Assembly (NCBI GenBank): GCA_907165135.1
Contig: OU015569.1
Span: 9,796,001 to 9,860,000, forward strand
DNA: 64,000 bases
Source of the DNA: Oikopleura dioica
Taxonomy: Eukaryota > Animalia > Chordata
Direction of reading: 5' to 3'
The position numbers and the translations under genes are program-made. Shown here piece by piece: positions 37,840 to 51,200 of this stretch (positions are counted from its first letter, which is position 1; each line of letters starts with the position of its first letter). A model generated the notes under the pieces. It did not search any database, had not been told where the DNA came from, and was given only the letters and a program-made list of their open reading frames with translations.

Positions 37840-40119
37840 GCAAAAAGTGTCACAGTAATAGTTCTCATGAAATTCGCGCGAACGTCTCCTTCTCTCCTCT
37901 ATTTCGCGATCGGAAGCGCACTTCCTGAAAGCGATCCTATATTTACACTTGTTTGTAGTTTTGTTTTGTGGAGTTAGTACCCGGCGCTATCAACTTCCGA
38001 GGCGCTTATCCCTCACTCGCATCAGTACACAAAAAAGGTTTCGGACAGTAATTGTTGTTAGCTTTTCGCAAAATACTTCCAAATGTCTCAAGAGCCTCGA
38101 CCGAGTGGCACTTGAGAAGCAAGATTCCGAAGTTAGACTATTTCCGCTCACTCGACAAGTTCTCCAATTTTTTAAGAAGAACGGAATTTTCTTTGAAGGC
38201 TTCAAATTTGGAAGTTTCGAACAATATGATTTCAATCATAAACTCAGCTCAAATTAGAAAAGCAAACAATTTTGCATTGTCTGGCTCGGCTGGAGTTCAA
38301 ATGCATTTGTGTCTGTATCCCACTGAGGAGCTAAAAATAATTTCCTCCAGCCAATAACGCTTGACATCTACAGCTGGCATTGTATGGCCACCCGCTGGGA
38401 CACAAAAGAATAAGGAGAGGATTAGCTGCTCACCAAAGTTCTAAAATTGTAGGGAATTTACACGGGTTCCAGCGGTGCCTGAAATTTTCCAAATTTTAGG
38501 AGTTAGATAAGCCGATCTTGTGGAAACTTAGATTTAGGCCATCGACCAGTTGTTATCAGAGAGATGTAATCCGCGCTGATGAGCAGTGATGCGGGGAAAT
38601 TTTAAAATTTAAATCTTTACAAAAAAATGAGTTTTTGATAAAAAAATATATTTTTCATTAAAATTTCTTATATATATAAAGTCTTCTCGAATATTTTCTG
38701 CTAACTACTTAAGAAAACATCATTTTCGAAAATGGCCATGAAAGTAGATAACTTGAGTGGCGTTCTCTTTTTGGTCCATGTGGAGAGCATTCTTCTGCAG
38801 AAAATTGAAATTGATTTATCACGTGATCGAGATACGATCAAAGGGAACTTTCAATGGGAAGGTGCATCTTGTTAATTGAACGCGCGGCCTTCTGACTTTG
38901 ATCGCGCCTGCTGAGCTGCCCTCCAACAATGTCTACCAAAGAGAAAGCACAGCATGCTTAATGGCTTCTCTGACGGATTGGGTTGAGTGGCTTCCCCGGC
39001 TGGACTCTGCTTTTATCTTTCCGGTGGAAGTAGGCTACGGCAAATGCTCCTCTCATAAACGATTAATATGAGCAAGATCTTTCGCTGTTTATGCATCGCT
39101 TCGACAGCTTCAAAATTTGAATCAAGACTCGGGAAAAACAGGTTTGTTTGGCTGAATGTAGAGGACAAACCAAATCAGCGAAATTAGCGGTCACCGGCAT
39201 GCTATGCACTCCAGTAGTCGCACTGCGGTAAGCAGACCAATATAATCCGCTCAAAAAGATCTGTTGCCGTTGAGCTTAGCAACTAGCTGGGAGCCAGAAT
39301 AAACCGACACACCTCTGACCTCGTAAATCTACTATAATCCTCCGATTTGCAAAAAATTTGAATTTCTCTCGCTCCCAGCGTCAATAAGTCTTCACACCAA
39401 GATGTTTTGTCGGAAATGTTCACGTTAATTTTCTATGAAATGAAAAGGTCTGTCAAATGATGAAAAATAACACGAAATGGAACAACAAAATCAAACAAAA
39501 AAAAAACTTTAAAGCGAGTCTTAATTATTTACGTTCGTCTAGTTTTCGTTCTGCAGACATTCTATTCTAGGGTACACGCTTTTTGAGACATTTCAATAGA
39601 CTAAGTCTATCTTCCTTCACGCTATCGTCAATTACTATTCTCCGGAAGGTGATGAAGATCTGAAAAATTCGCGGCGGGGCACCAGCCACGACCATCTGAT
39701 CAGGTGGTGGGGTTCGCTCGCGTGCGCCATCAGCTGGCCATGCGCTCTCTGCCAATAAAACCATCCATGCCTAACAATTCGGCAGACAATACTTTTCCAG
39801 CATTACAAAAGTTACAAGCAACCTCGAATTTTTACAAGGAAAAAGCAAAAATAAGAGATTTGATAAAACAAGGAAGACTCTTTCAACGTCGAAAATGAAC
39901 ACAGAGGTAGGTTGAGTAATTAAAGCTGTCACTCTTAATCGAAACGCGGATTTATAAGCAGCAGTGGTTTAATAATGTGCTTCGATATATATTATATCAT
40001 GATGATCGATATGTTGCACCTATGAGATTACTTTAACTGCACCCTTTTCACATTTGCGATTCAAAAAGTGAAAACAAAATTGGTTAACATTTTTATCTTA
40101 GGCACACCTCCGACACATC

Positions 40120-40729
40120 ATGCTGACCCACGAGCTCAAGAGAAACAAGTCACAGGTAAATATACATTTGCATTCAACCATGATTATCAAATTTGACTTT
40201 ATCCTCAACAATTTTTAACAAAGTAATTCAGGTTAAATGCGCACTGGGTTTGCTACTCTTCGCCGGCTTCCTCGCTATCGTCATTGGATGCTCGGTGCTC
40301 TTTTTAACTCTTCGTTCTGACAGCACTAGCAGCTCCCTTGGTCTTCGTTCCGTAGGCATCCTTTTCTTGGCTGCAGGTTTTTTTGGACTCCTCACCGGCT
40401 CCATGGTCCGTTTTTCTGCTAACAAGACTACGCCAGCCGTCCCTACAAGAATATCCCGCTCGAGTGCAAATAGAAACCACCGAATTCCTGCAAGTCGTTC
40501 TTTTCACCGTGAAGACTCCATCTACGTAGAAATCAACGGAGCCGTCTCCCTTCTTCCGAACCGCTTCCCAATGTACCCACAAGAGTTCTTCGACATCGCT
40601 CGACGAGTGAAAGACGAACAAACGAGTTTCGTGGCGAAACTTCCATCTTACGACACTGTGCTCCGCGATTCGAGTGGATCAAAGTTCGAGATCATCCCCT
40701 GTGAGGCGCCCCCACCATATGAACCATGA
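40120..40729 (+). CDS. Two-TM membrane protein with cytoplasmic LPSY and PPPY motifs
   Basis: Exons 40120-40155 and 40232-40729 joined by a GT-AG intron; two hydrophobic helices; tail ...KLPSYD...APPPYEP*. Confidence 0.65.
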
Positions 40730-40949
40730 ATACTTATCCAGATTATTTATTTCACTGCCGTCGACCCTATGTGAATATATGTCTTATACATGTTGATATC
40801 TTCGTTGTTTTTGTCAAGAATTAAACTCGATTCGCCGAAATCTATCTCTCACAGCTGGCAGCAAAAGACTTTAATAGGAGTATATTTGTAGTTTGATTTC
40901 TGTTTCATTTAAGAAACAACGAGGAATGGCAATGAACAGTTATAAAGTG

Positions 40950-43251
40950 CAGTTTTCTCGATTACATCTTTGCCCTTTGCAGCAACAAAACGCAGCGCCT
41001 GAAGGCGACTCTAGAGACCAGCTACCCATAGCTTCTGGACACTGAGATTTCTCCCTCGTTAGACATTTTGAACGGATTATAAACTCTTCTTTGTTGCGAG
41101 TCGATACCCTCTTCTTAGTTACACAAACTTCGAACTCAGAGCAGATCGTTTCGTTGAGCTGTAAATATGACTATTTTGCTTTCGAATTTTCGCTTACTTG
41201 ATCGTCTGTACACGATGTTCTAACCACTGGCTCCATTCTTGCTTTTATCCTGGTAGCATCGAAGAAGCAGCCCTCTCCATAGTCGATTTCGAACTCCAGG
41301 GCTTGGTAAGATTGTTCTTCCAGAAACCGCTGTCGCTCTAGTCCGCTGTTTGCTGCATCGAAAAGCATACCAACTGCTTCCTCAATTGGCTCTGGTTTTG
41401 GAATGGAGACAAAGAATTTGTTATTCAATCCGTCTACTGTCGCTGATCCATAGGCCTAATAGTGAAAATTCAAAATTCATTCGATTTCTCAATCGATTTT
41501 ACCATTCTTGCGAGATTTTGGGCACCGCTCGTGACATCATTCGGATACGAGACAAGAGACAGGTTTTTGATCATGCATGGAAAATGAAGCCCCAACTGTA
41601 AGTTTGGACTATCTTGCTTCGAAATCTGTCTTCTCCTTCTCTCTTGCCTCCTTGAACCAAACAGATGATCATGAGACTCTTTCCAATCATTTCCGATGAG
41701 CTGCTCGTAGAGATCAATTGCTTGCGAGTCGACATATAAGAGTCCCTTTTGCGGACGAACTGCATCGTTTTGCATCGTTTCGCTATTTCTAGCGATCGAG
41801 CCACTTTTATGCTTGAAATCCGTCACGATCTCCTGTATTTTTTCAAGTCAGCTTTATTTTCTTTTCTTACTTACGGATATTTGGCGGCGGTTCATATGTG
41901 GGATCGACGATACTTGTGGGAACTTCTGCGAAGGAAAGGACTCATCCCAAACGATATCAATGTCGGACTTTTTGAACTCGCATTTCTTACTAAAAAGAAC
42001 CTCGAAGGCAATGAAATTCTTTGTTCCTGTGCTTTTGCTGAGAGAAGAGTGAAAAATTACAGTCTAACGAAAAGGAATTCAGACAGTTCTCGGACCAATT
42101 CAGTCCGAATATTCTAATTTGTTATACAAATTTTTCACTCTAATTTTGAGTAACGGAGTAAGATTTTCCGCCGGAACCAGTTTCATCAGTATTGACACAG
42201 AAAGCGTTTTTGTACGTGAAAAGCGGAGGCTTACAAGGAAGCTTTACTGTCAATGCCCACCAGTTTCCAGGACGCTTTTTCGCTAACAGGGTTATAATTA
42301 CTCGATCAATAATAGTTTTCAATTATCATTAGAAATTTATAACCCGTCGGTAAACGAATACGCCATTTCAAGAGCTGAGTAACCGGTTAGATATTGCAAT
42401 AGAAAGGATTAAATATAAATGAGTAGATGTTTTGCAACGGAAGCGCTAACCGGATCTTGCGGTCTTTGATCGAGACTGGTTTTGACGAAGCGATCTCAGG
42501 CTCCGTGGCGTCAACGTGTGCTGGAACATAAGTTTGTATGCACCTCTGAATTAATAAGACTGTACTTTTTGTTCTCAAAATATGAATCCCACCTCTATGG
42601 TTTCCTTGTATTCAAAAAACGAGTACTGCGTTGTGTTGCGGGCTCCTGGACACTGTTCTTCCTTCATCGACCAATTGCAATAAATGTCGTAGAGTTGAAA
42701 GGAGTTCTTCGCGATAGAGCTCCAGCAGTCCGCACATTTCTCTGAGTCGATGCTAGCTATACAAAACTCGTCACAAGTTCGGCTCGCAACGCGGTAGAAC
42801 TGCGACTCAGATACTTCCTTTTTGAACCCTCTGTAGTATACTTTCAAACAAAGAGATATCTGCGCCCACCATGGAGCGCATCCCCAGAACGTCTCTTTTA
42901 CTTTTCCTTCCGTTCTCACTTTTTCTTCCTCTTCTACCTGCGTTTCTCTCCGTTTTCGTCCGATAATTCCACCGCACAGGACTCTACATGCGTTCGATCT
43001 TTGCAAAAAGGAGCCCAGTAAAAAAAGAAAGTTTATTATTTGCATTAAAAAAACAAGTCGAACTATACGAGCAAAAAAATACTCTCGTACTATTGAATGA
43101 TAAGGAGCAAATCTAGATATCCGCCGAGGCACTTCAAACAGCGCCACCAAGTCATGATGAATCGATAAGGCCATTTGATAAATTACAAGTTTATATAAAG
43201 CTACCGAACTACAACTAAGACGACCAACGAAGATAAATGGCGAGGACGCAT
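40950..43251 (-). CDS. One or more unknown genes; first exon signal-peptide-like, Cys-containing
   Basis: ATG 43251 MRPRHLSSLVVLVVV followed by a GT donor; coding-like ORFs 42575-43174, 41470-41826, 41171-41428. Structure unresolved. Confidence 0.35.
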
Positions 43252-43439
43252 CCTGTAATGCAAGTAAACATGTATTCTAAACATGTTGGATAAACGTGCT
43301 GAATATAATAATCAACAAGGACTTTTCTAAAGGAAAAACTCCTCCGCGACGACACTTTTTTACACTGATCCGTGTGCCTCATTTTGATAAATAGTTTGAA
43401 TTATATTTGAATAAATACATAAAAAAGAAGTAAGATAGT

Positions 43440-44830
43440 TCATTCTTCGTCATTTTTGTCCTGCCAGCTGAATCTTTTCTTCAACAAATTAGCAAAGTGC
43501 TGATCTAAAAGTACTATAGACCTTAGTCGTTGGTTTTTCTCTCACCGAAAGGTTTAAAGAACTTCATCAACTTCTTCTGAAGATAAGGTTCGAACTCCCA
43601 CCCGTTCGATCGCCCTTTGCCTTTTCCAAGACAATTTGGAACTCCGTCTTTGTTGAGGCAGTAAAGTCCGCGTTCCTCGGACCACTTGAAAGAGTTTTCT
43701 GATAGCTCGACAGGAACATCGAGAAAATTTTGTATTCGCTCGAGCTCTGTCCAAGGCGAATCTTTCATCTAAACATATGATGAGCTTTTTTTATTATTGA
43801 GGGTTGTTCTTACGGTGGAACCATCAACGACAAGAACTTTTTCGGGCGAGAAAAACTTCAGATATGTCATGTGATAGACCGAATACAATCCGTCAGTCAA
43901 GATGAGTTCCCTCAGAGTAGAATCTTTTGTTGAGAACGGATACTTTCTTTGATTATACAAGTCGTAGAGATCTTCGACGAAACGGTAAAAATTTCCAAAA
44001 CGATTTGCCAGCATCCCTTTGAACTCGATGTTGAGGTCGTCTATTGTGGCATTCAAGCGTTGTTGGAATTCTTCGAAGTCTTTTCCAAGATCGTCGATCT
44101 AAAGAAATACATGCTTAAGAAATACACGATTAATTACCTTGTGCTCCTTCTGCTGGCGTTGTAAAGAGTTGGGACTCAGGTGCAAAATATGAAGATATCG
44201 GGACAATGTTCTCTGCACATTGTCGCACACAATAAGTATTATCTTCGTGTCTGGGCTCATCGCATGAATCCGTTCGGCTGTTGGCAGTGTCTTAAATTAC
44301 GAAAGCATGAGAAGAGGTCTAGTTCTTGTTGATGCTCACTTTGTAGTAAGTTGGAGTCTTTTCAAAAACAATCTTGTGCTTGCCTGCACTTCTGCGAGTC
44401 AGCAAAGCGTCATAATAACTGTATCCTTTTTCGTAGTAGCGATTGAAGAAATAAGTCTCGCCGATGTCGTAAACTCTTGAGTGTTGAGAAAGAAACTTCG
44501 ATACTGCCCCTGTTCCGCATTTCATTACTCCCGTAATGATAAACTAAAGAAGGGTTAAATTAATCTTGAGCCAGGACTGTAAAATACTTACGCCAGGCAA
44601 GGTTCCATTGTAGTGTTCTTTCAGAACTTTGTTTGGGCGAAAGTAACTAGTGAGAAATCGAGGCAAAGGGTAAAACCCATCATTTGCAGTTGAAAGATCG
44701 TAGTTTATAAAAGAAGAAATGGCAAGAAGAATGAGTATGACTGATAAAGGCTCATTTTGTTTCGAGTTTACTAGGGCTTCCAATAATGATCTACGTCTTG
44801 TTTTATGATTCCAAAGCCTAGCCTAGAACT
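43440..44830 (-). CDS. HS3ST: Heparan sulfate 3-O-sulfotransferase-like (Sulfotransfer_1 fold); 5' end approximate
   Basis: IITGVMKCGTGAV (5'-PSB), GETYFFNR, FEKTPTYY, DGLY, LVVDG, CLGKGKGR, and C-terminal FKPFDQHF...FSW. Confidence 0.75.
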
Positions 44831-46046
44831 AGATATGTATTCAATTCCATCGCTCTTCATTGCACTGCATCATAATCTCTCTGGAAAAAAAACAAGTTGC
44901 TTCTTTCACTAATGTTGCGCTTCCAGAGTTCTTAAATCATTTTGAATATTGAATAAAAATCAGCTTTGTCCGCCCGGAGGCTCAGATCGGTATCGATGGA
45001 TGTCCCGTGAAATCGCAATTTCTCTTTCCTCCTTTCCGAAATGCATGTTTCATAATTTCAAATCATTGGAATTTTTTGTCACACTTTAGAAATCCTTTCA
45101 GAAGCTTCAGAAAGAAGGGAGTCATAAATTTCGTTCAAAAGGGCATTTTCGGCACAAACCAAGAAAAGGAAGTGATTTTTTGGAAAGCCAATAAGATTGC
45201 TGTACTTGGCCTACCGGCCAATCAAAACTCAGATCCAGAAAATCACTTCCTTTTCTTGGTTCTGCCCGCATTTTCAAAGCGACTAACCTGTTTTATATAA
45301 AAGAAACCTTCTTTATCTGTATAAAGTACATCGCCAAATTGTTGAATCAAAGTGAACAAGAGTTTTCTCTCTCCTTTTCTGACGTAAGCTTCCAAAAATG
45401 ACGTTGTTTGTTTCCCAAAGGCTAGAATAATTGAACGACTGCCGCCGCTTTTAGTGCGTCCTCGTAAAAGCAGAGGTGCTGATGAAGAGTAATGACGGTG
45501 ATCGCCGTTGCAAAGCCCTGGTCGGATCAGGTATCATTACCAGCAGGCTTTTCATGTGCACGTTGTTCCTCATTTCCTGTTTTTAGAACGATAATCGTAA
45601 TTTAGGAAATAGTTAGCAATCTTATGAATTGCACGCTGCGAAATTTTAAGTCATGCAAGACTAAATACTCAATTAGTAGTACTACAGATTCTGTAACCCT
45701 TCTGAGGAGAAAAGTATTTTTCAGGAAGCATCATTACATAAATCTTTTGCCTTCGGATGGATGCCATCCCCTTTTTATGCTTTGAATCGCATTGAATTGC
45801 CAGTAACAAGTCAAGTCTAAGCATGAAAAGAGTAGTCAACGTCCACGTCGTCGATATCGTTAAAATAATCGTCTATAGAATTCCAAGTTTTGTGGAGTTG
45901 TGGAAGTTAACTTCTGAATACTCGACTGAATAAACTTGAATGAGAATCGTTTGGCTTTTTATTGGCGCGTCGTCATCGTTTCAGCCAATGGGCGTCCCTG
46001 CTCGAGAAATCCTTTTTCCTATTTCCAGTGTAGTTTCCTAAATTTA

Positions 46047-48254
46047 ATGCGAGAAGTCCTAGTTTTTCTGACGATATGCGCAGCAGAGACCTTCCGCGAG
46101 AAACTCACTGTCCAACCGCTTGAAGAAGAAAAGGTTTTCACCGAAGTGGAGTTCTTCTTCCAGCGCGACGATGCACTGCCGAAGCATTACAGGCACGGTG
46201 AAGCTATTTTGCGTCTCTTCATTTTACAGCGTGATTTTTGTGAAAATGGCTTATCCAAAAACAGAACTTATCCACGAGCTATTCACGAGGTGACTTCAAA
46301 ACTGAAAATTGAAGAGCTGCATCTTTCCCTCGCAAAAGGAGACTCTTCGGACTACCAGGCGGCAAATTCTAAACTAGCATCGCCCGTCGGCGCCTTCTTG
46401 GTCGCATCTTTTCAAGAGGATGAAATCCCAGTTGAAGACAGATGGAAATCCTTGGTTGGCGTTCTCGCCGGCCTCTTTTGCATTTCGCTGAATCAACTTG
46501 ATACCCGCTCGGCCGTTACTCCTCCTATTCTTCTTCCGTCATTTGCTCAAGGTTTTATTTCACTTTTAATAATTTTTGAGTCCCATTTCTAGTGAGCAGT
46601 CCTAGCTTACGAAGAGTAGGATTTCTTCCCCGGGAAGTTGCATGCACTGAGAACTTGACGCCGTGGAAGAAGATCATTCCTACAGGATCAACTCATGGCC
46701 TCGCATATTTACTTGACAATCCACACTACGTTCAGCAGAATAGTGTCTTCTGGTCGCTTGGATTCGACTTCAAGAGCGGCGACGAGCTCATTTTTTGGCA
46801 ACGAGCGATCATCGATGTGAGAACTCGTTCGTCCTTGCAGCTGCTGAGTGCACAAGAGCATTCGCAGCCGAAAACAGTGTTGACTGCAGAGTTGCTCTTT
46901 GGAATTCGAAACTCAACAACTAGTTCGATCGCCGAAAAGACAGAGTTTTCTTTAGTGCAGTCGAGTCAATATTCAGTTTTGTCTGAAGGAATGGTTTTTT
47001 TTTCGCTGCAATCATAGAAGACTCCTTTTCCAAATAGCGTTAATATAAAACCTGTTACAGAGATTCTTACCAAATTCGAAGATGATATTCGATTCAACAT
47101 TCCGATCTTATGGAACTCCAGCAAAACAGAAAACTTGCATCTTAAAATTTCTCGAAAATCGGGCGGCGGTCAAGGCGAGGGTTCCATCAAAACAACGATC
47201 TTCAACCCACGAGAAATTGAGGAAGAAGTACTTACTCTGGAAGTCGTTCCCTGGTGGCTGAAACCTAGTCTTTCCTCAAGAAGAGTGAGAGGCTGCGAGG
47301 AAACTGCTTACAGTTATAAAGCGGCGCACGATGCCGAACGAGTAACAGGACTCATTGTCTTTGGTTTCAAGATCAAACCAAAGTCAGCATGTATCGTCGA
47401 ATACGATTTCAAGTAAATTTTTTTTACAGGATTATAAATGAACCGATTAAGAACCGCTTGGCCGAAATGGAACGAATATCCAGCAGATGCCAACCACGGG
47501 CGCTATCTTCCATCGGTCATTCTTTTTTTCCAAGATGCTTTGACTTCTTCTCCAAGGCGCATCTTTTCAGGTTGGGAGAATCCTTTTTCAAATTCGTCAC
47601 CAGAAATTTAGAGTCGGTGCTAATTTACGTCCCAATTCCTGATTTTTCCATGCCTTATAATGTCCTTTGCTTGGCATGCACTGTCCTGGCCTCGGCATTC
47701 TGTCGGACAGTCTGTCCTATTATTTAAAATAATAACTTAAGAAAACAATTTATTTTTCAGGCCTGCATCTGTTGTTTTTTTCAGGACAGTATTTTTTGAC
47801 AGACCTGTTTCTGTATACAGTCATACAGACCTGTCCAGGACAGTATTTTCTACAGACCTGTTTCTGTATACAGTTATACAGACCTGTCCTGTTCTGTTTC
47901 CTGTGTGAAAATCGAGAAAAAAATTTTTTTGACCTGTTTCTGTCCTGTTCTGCTTGACAGGATGCCGAGGCCAGGCACTGTCGTCGCCATGGCTATTGGC
48001 TCTGTTCATAACCTGACTACAAGGTCGATTACAAAAACAATAGTTGAAATTAACTGGTATTTAGTACTGTAGTGCCCGCCTCAAGCGAAGCTCCACAAAC
48101 TAACTTAGGAAAAATCATTCATTTCGTCAAAGGACTTCTGAAAAAAATTCTTCGAAAATCCTCAAAAGATGTAACAAAATCTGAAAAAATTGAGGAAGTT
48201 GCCGAATCTGAAGAAATACAAAGCAGCAACGCCGCGGATAAGAAAACTCAGTAA
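46047..48254 (+). CDS. PIGT: GPI transamidase component PIG-T (Gpi16)
   Basis: [40 protein letters not shown], and [29 protein letters not shown] after removing 47678-47974. Lys-rich tail ends at 48254. Confidence 0.92.
47686..47974. mobile_element. 289-bp MITE inserted in a PIGT coding exon (introner-like)
   Basis: TIR CTGGCCTCGGCAT(T/C)CTGTC (18/19); perfect 8-bp TSD GCACTGTC (47678-47685, 47975-47982); internal tandem duplication of about 54 bp (from 47784 and 47838). Confidence 0.9.
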
Positions 48255-51200
48255 ATTTACTGTAGATTAGAAACTAGAATTAACTGACCTTTTTCATTCC
48301 TACTTCAATACTTCACGCACAGATAATACAAGACAAGATATTTATCCATTGATTTTATTATGAAAACTTATCAATTGCAGCATTTTCAATGAATCGGAAA
48401 ATAAGTTTTTTAGCAAGACCATTATCTCCTGTATAGACTCGAATCTATAATAATGTCATTTACAGTAATATGTCTGTGGAAACCATAAAAAGCAGGAAAA
48501 GCATAAGATTTGGGTTTTTTTCAACAGTTATATTTCCACAAATCTCAATGCAACTCTATTTGCTCGGACGTTTCTCGAATACGGGCCGGGCCATGCCGGG
48601 TATGCTAAAACATCGCCTGCGTAATTACTATAATGAGGTACAGTGATTGCTTCTGCCTATACGTGATTCCAGTACAACCAGAAGAACCTACCGACTAATC
48701 TCGAAAAGAACCTGTTACAGCGTCACTACGGGAGCGAAGTCCTGTCGGCAGCAGTGAATGGTAGTCCGACTTTCTTTTTATGAGTAATTCGAAATCTGTC
48801 TGTACCTTCCCGCCCGTCCTGGAACAGAGGCTTGACCGGCAAGATTGGCGACCGCGCTAAAAAAACAAAACGGTGCGCCAATTTTTATAGGCGCTCTATT
48901 ATTTTTACTTTTTCGTGTTTTCGTTGTGCGGTTAGATAACTGCGACTGGCGGGAGGTCCGAGCTGCCAAGATCTTCCCTTCTGCCGAGACAATTTTACGA
49001 AAAATATCATTTTATTTTATCAGAAAGTTCGTGGGATAAGAGCGTTGCTTGCAAAGTCGCCTCAGCGAAGAGGAGCATAGTTGCTCTTTACACGATTGTC
49101 CTGTCTGAAGCGGAAGTCAATTACAACATCCGGATTTTAGCTGGCAAAGAGGGAGCAGGCTGCACCGGATTAAAAATAATCGTCGGGTCAAGGCAACAGT
49201 AATGTTCTGGTTGAGCGGCGTCTCGCTACTGAGTTGCGTAATTGAATCTGTGACGGGGCTTTGGCAGCTGAAGCGAGCTTTTTCTGCCGCTTGCCTCCTT
49301 TGGAACTTCATTTGGAGATTTCAGCTTCCGGGGCGAATTAATTTTAGATATTCTGATTAGGCCTAATCATTGATGAGTAGATAAGTACAAAACGCTCTGA
49401 AATGCCGAGTAAGACATTTTGTAACCCAAAGCCACCGTTTTAGATAAAACCTCAAAGACAACTCCACGCATCAACAATTGCTTACTGCCAGGATGCAACT
49501 TTGAAGCTTGCCTAATAAAACAAGTTGCTGAAAGTAAATGAAGAATTTTCAGAATGCGAAAGCATCAAAGTAGAATAGACAAAGATAACTTTGAAGATGT
49601 ATGAGCGCCCTTTCACTGCGAAAACACTGGCTGCGATAGTGACTGAGACTTCTTTTCGATAATTTTTTTAATCATAATTGTGGTTGATAGGTGGTCCTTT
49701 GGGTGCTTGTGCCGCTGGTGGTTGAAAGAGAAAATCTGTGTTGACTTTGCACTCGGCGGCGGCGGAGTGGGCCCGAGCACTGCGCTGCCGGATAAGCCGT
49801 CTCCGCCACGATTTTCGATCCAAAATCTATCTTGCACCGAAATCGGCAGCAATCTACGTAAATTCAAAATTATATGCCACTACCATTCATTCTAGCGCGC
49901 ACCAATTGGCTTGGTCTCGGCTAAGCGGATATAAAATTGAAGTTTATTAGTTTTGGGCTTATCCGAGGCAATCCGAGCTACTGAGGCTCCTTTTCTACAG
50001 TAGAATCAGGAATAAAATGGATCTGATTCAAAGGTTTATTTGAAATGAGCGTTTATTTATAATTAAGCGGCATTTGCATATTGCGTACTAAGGAGACACC
50101 TTCTAAGCTTTCTTTTGAACTTTTTCCATCATTAAATATTTTTTCCCTTTGGTTGCCCTTGCCTCAGCTGCCCTTTACTTTAGCTAGGTGCTCTCTATCT
50201 GGTTTTAATGTTATTCTGGCGGTGGTGTTTGGAGTAATCGTCTTGATCCCGGTGTAATCATTTTCCATCGGGCGCGACCTGCAATAACAACCTTTGCCAA
50301 TTTTTTCAAAGATTTACTTTCAAAGGGAATGGGAAGTCGCGAAATGGGAAATCCGAAAATATTTTCCCTGGTTGTAGAAAAGACCGCCGACAAGAGGTTA
50401 ATCTCGAGGTCGTTCTTTTTTTCCTTTCTCGATAAAATAATATACTCTTACAGTAATTTTTTTATAATTATTTTAAACGAGGGAAACCAAATATTTTCCT
50501 GCAGTGTTTCTTCACGCGATCTCACACTGGGATTTCCGCCCCTGTGAAAGAAAATGTAGGGAAAGCTTGTTTGCGATGTCACGCTGAGTTTGATGAAGGA
50601 AATGACACCAGCGAATTAAGGGTGCAGCCGTGCCATCTCTGCCCCAGTTTACGAAAACACCCTTTATGCTGAGCGTAAACAGCCTTTTCCCGACGCCGCG
50701 CATTAAATTTCCGGTGGCGATTGATTGATTCTAGCTTTTTTGATTTGAAGAGTTTTTTGTCGATAATTGCTAGCTTTGCTGAGTTAGGCAATTAATTGAC
50801 TCGCATTAATTGACTTTGAATAGCAAATGAGCGCTGATAGCTAACGACGATAGGCTTTAAAATGGCTGAGGATGAAATATTCACAGTTACACGATTTTAA
50901 TTTAGTGAGCTGCTAAGATGTGCCGCTTTCTGATTGAGTGTTGTTTTAAGTGTAGTAGTAGTCATCATCACCCGTCTCTCTAAGATTCTAGCTCTGGACG
51001 CTCCGGTCTAGTATCAACCCCTCAGCTTGATGTAGTGCCTGCTCACGCTCAGTGAAGATTGCAAGTTCCAAATTGCAATTATAGAACTAATCCCATCGAG
51101 ACAGAGCAAAATCATCGGCTTACTCGAGATCAAGACTACCCGGAGTCTTGAGTGTAGAGTTGTTTTTTTGCATGTGAGCTATTGTTGGAAATTCTTTTGT

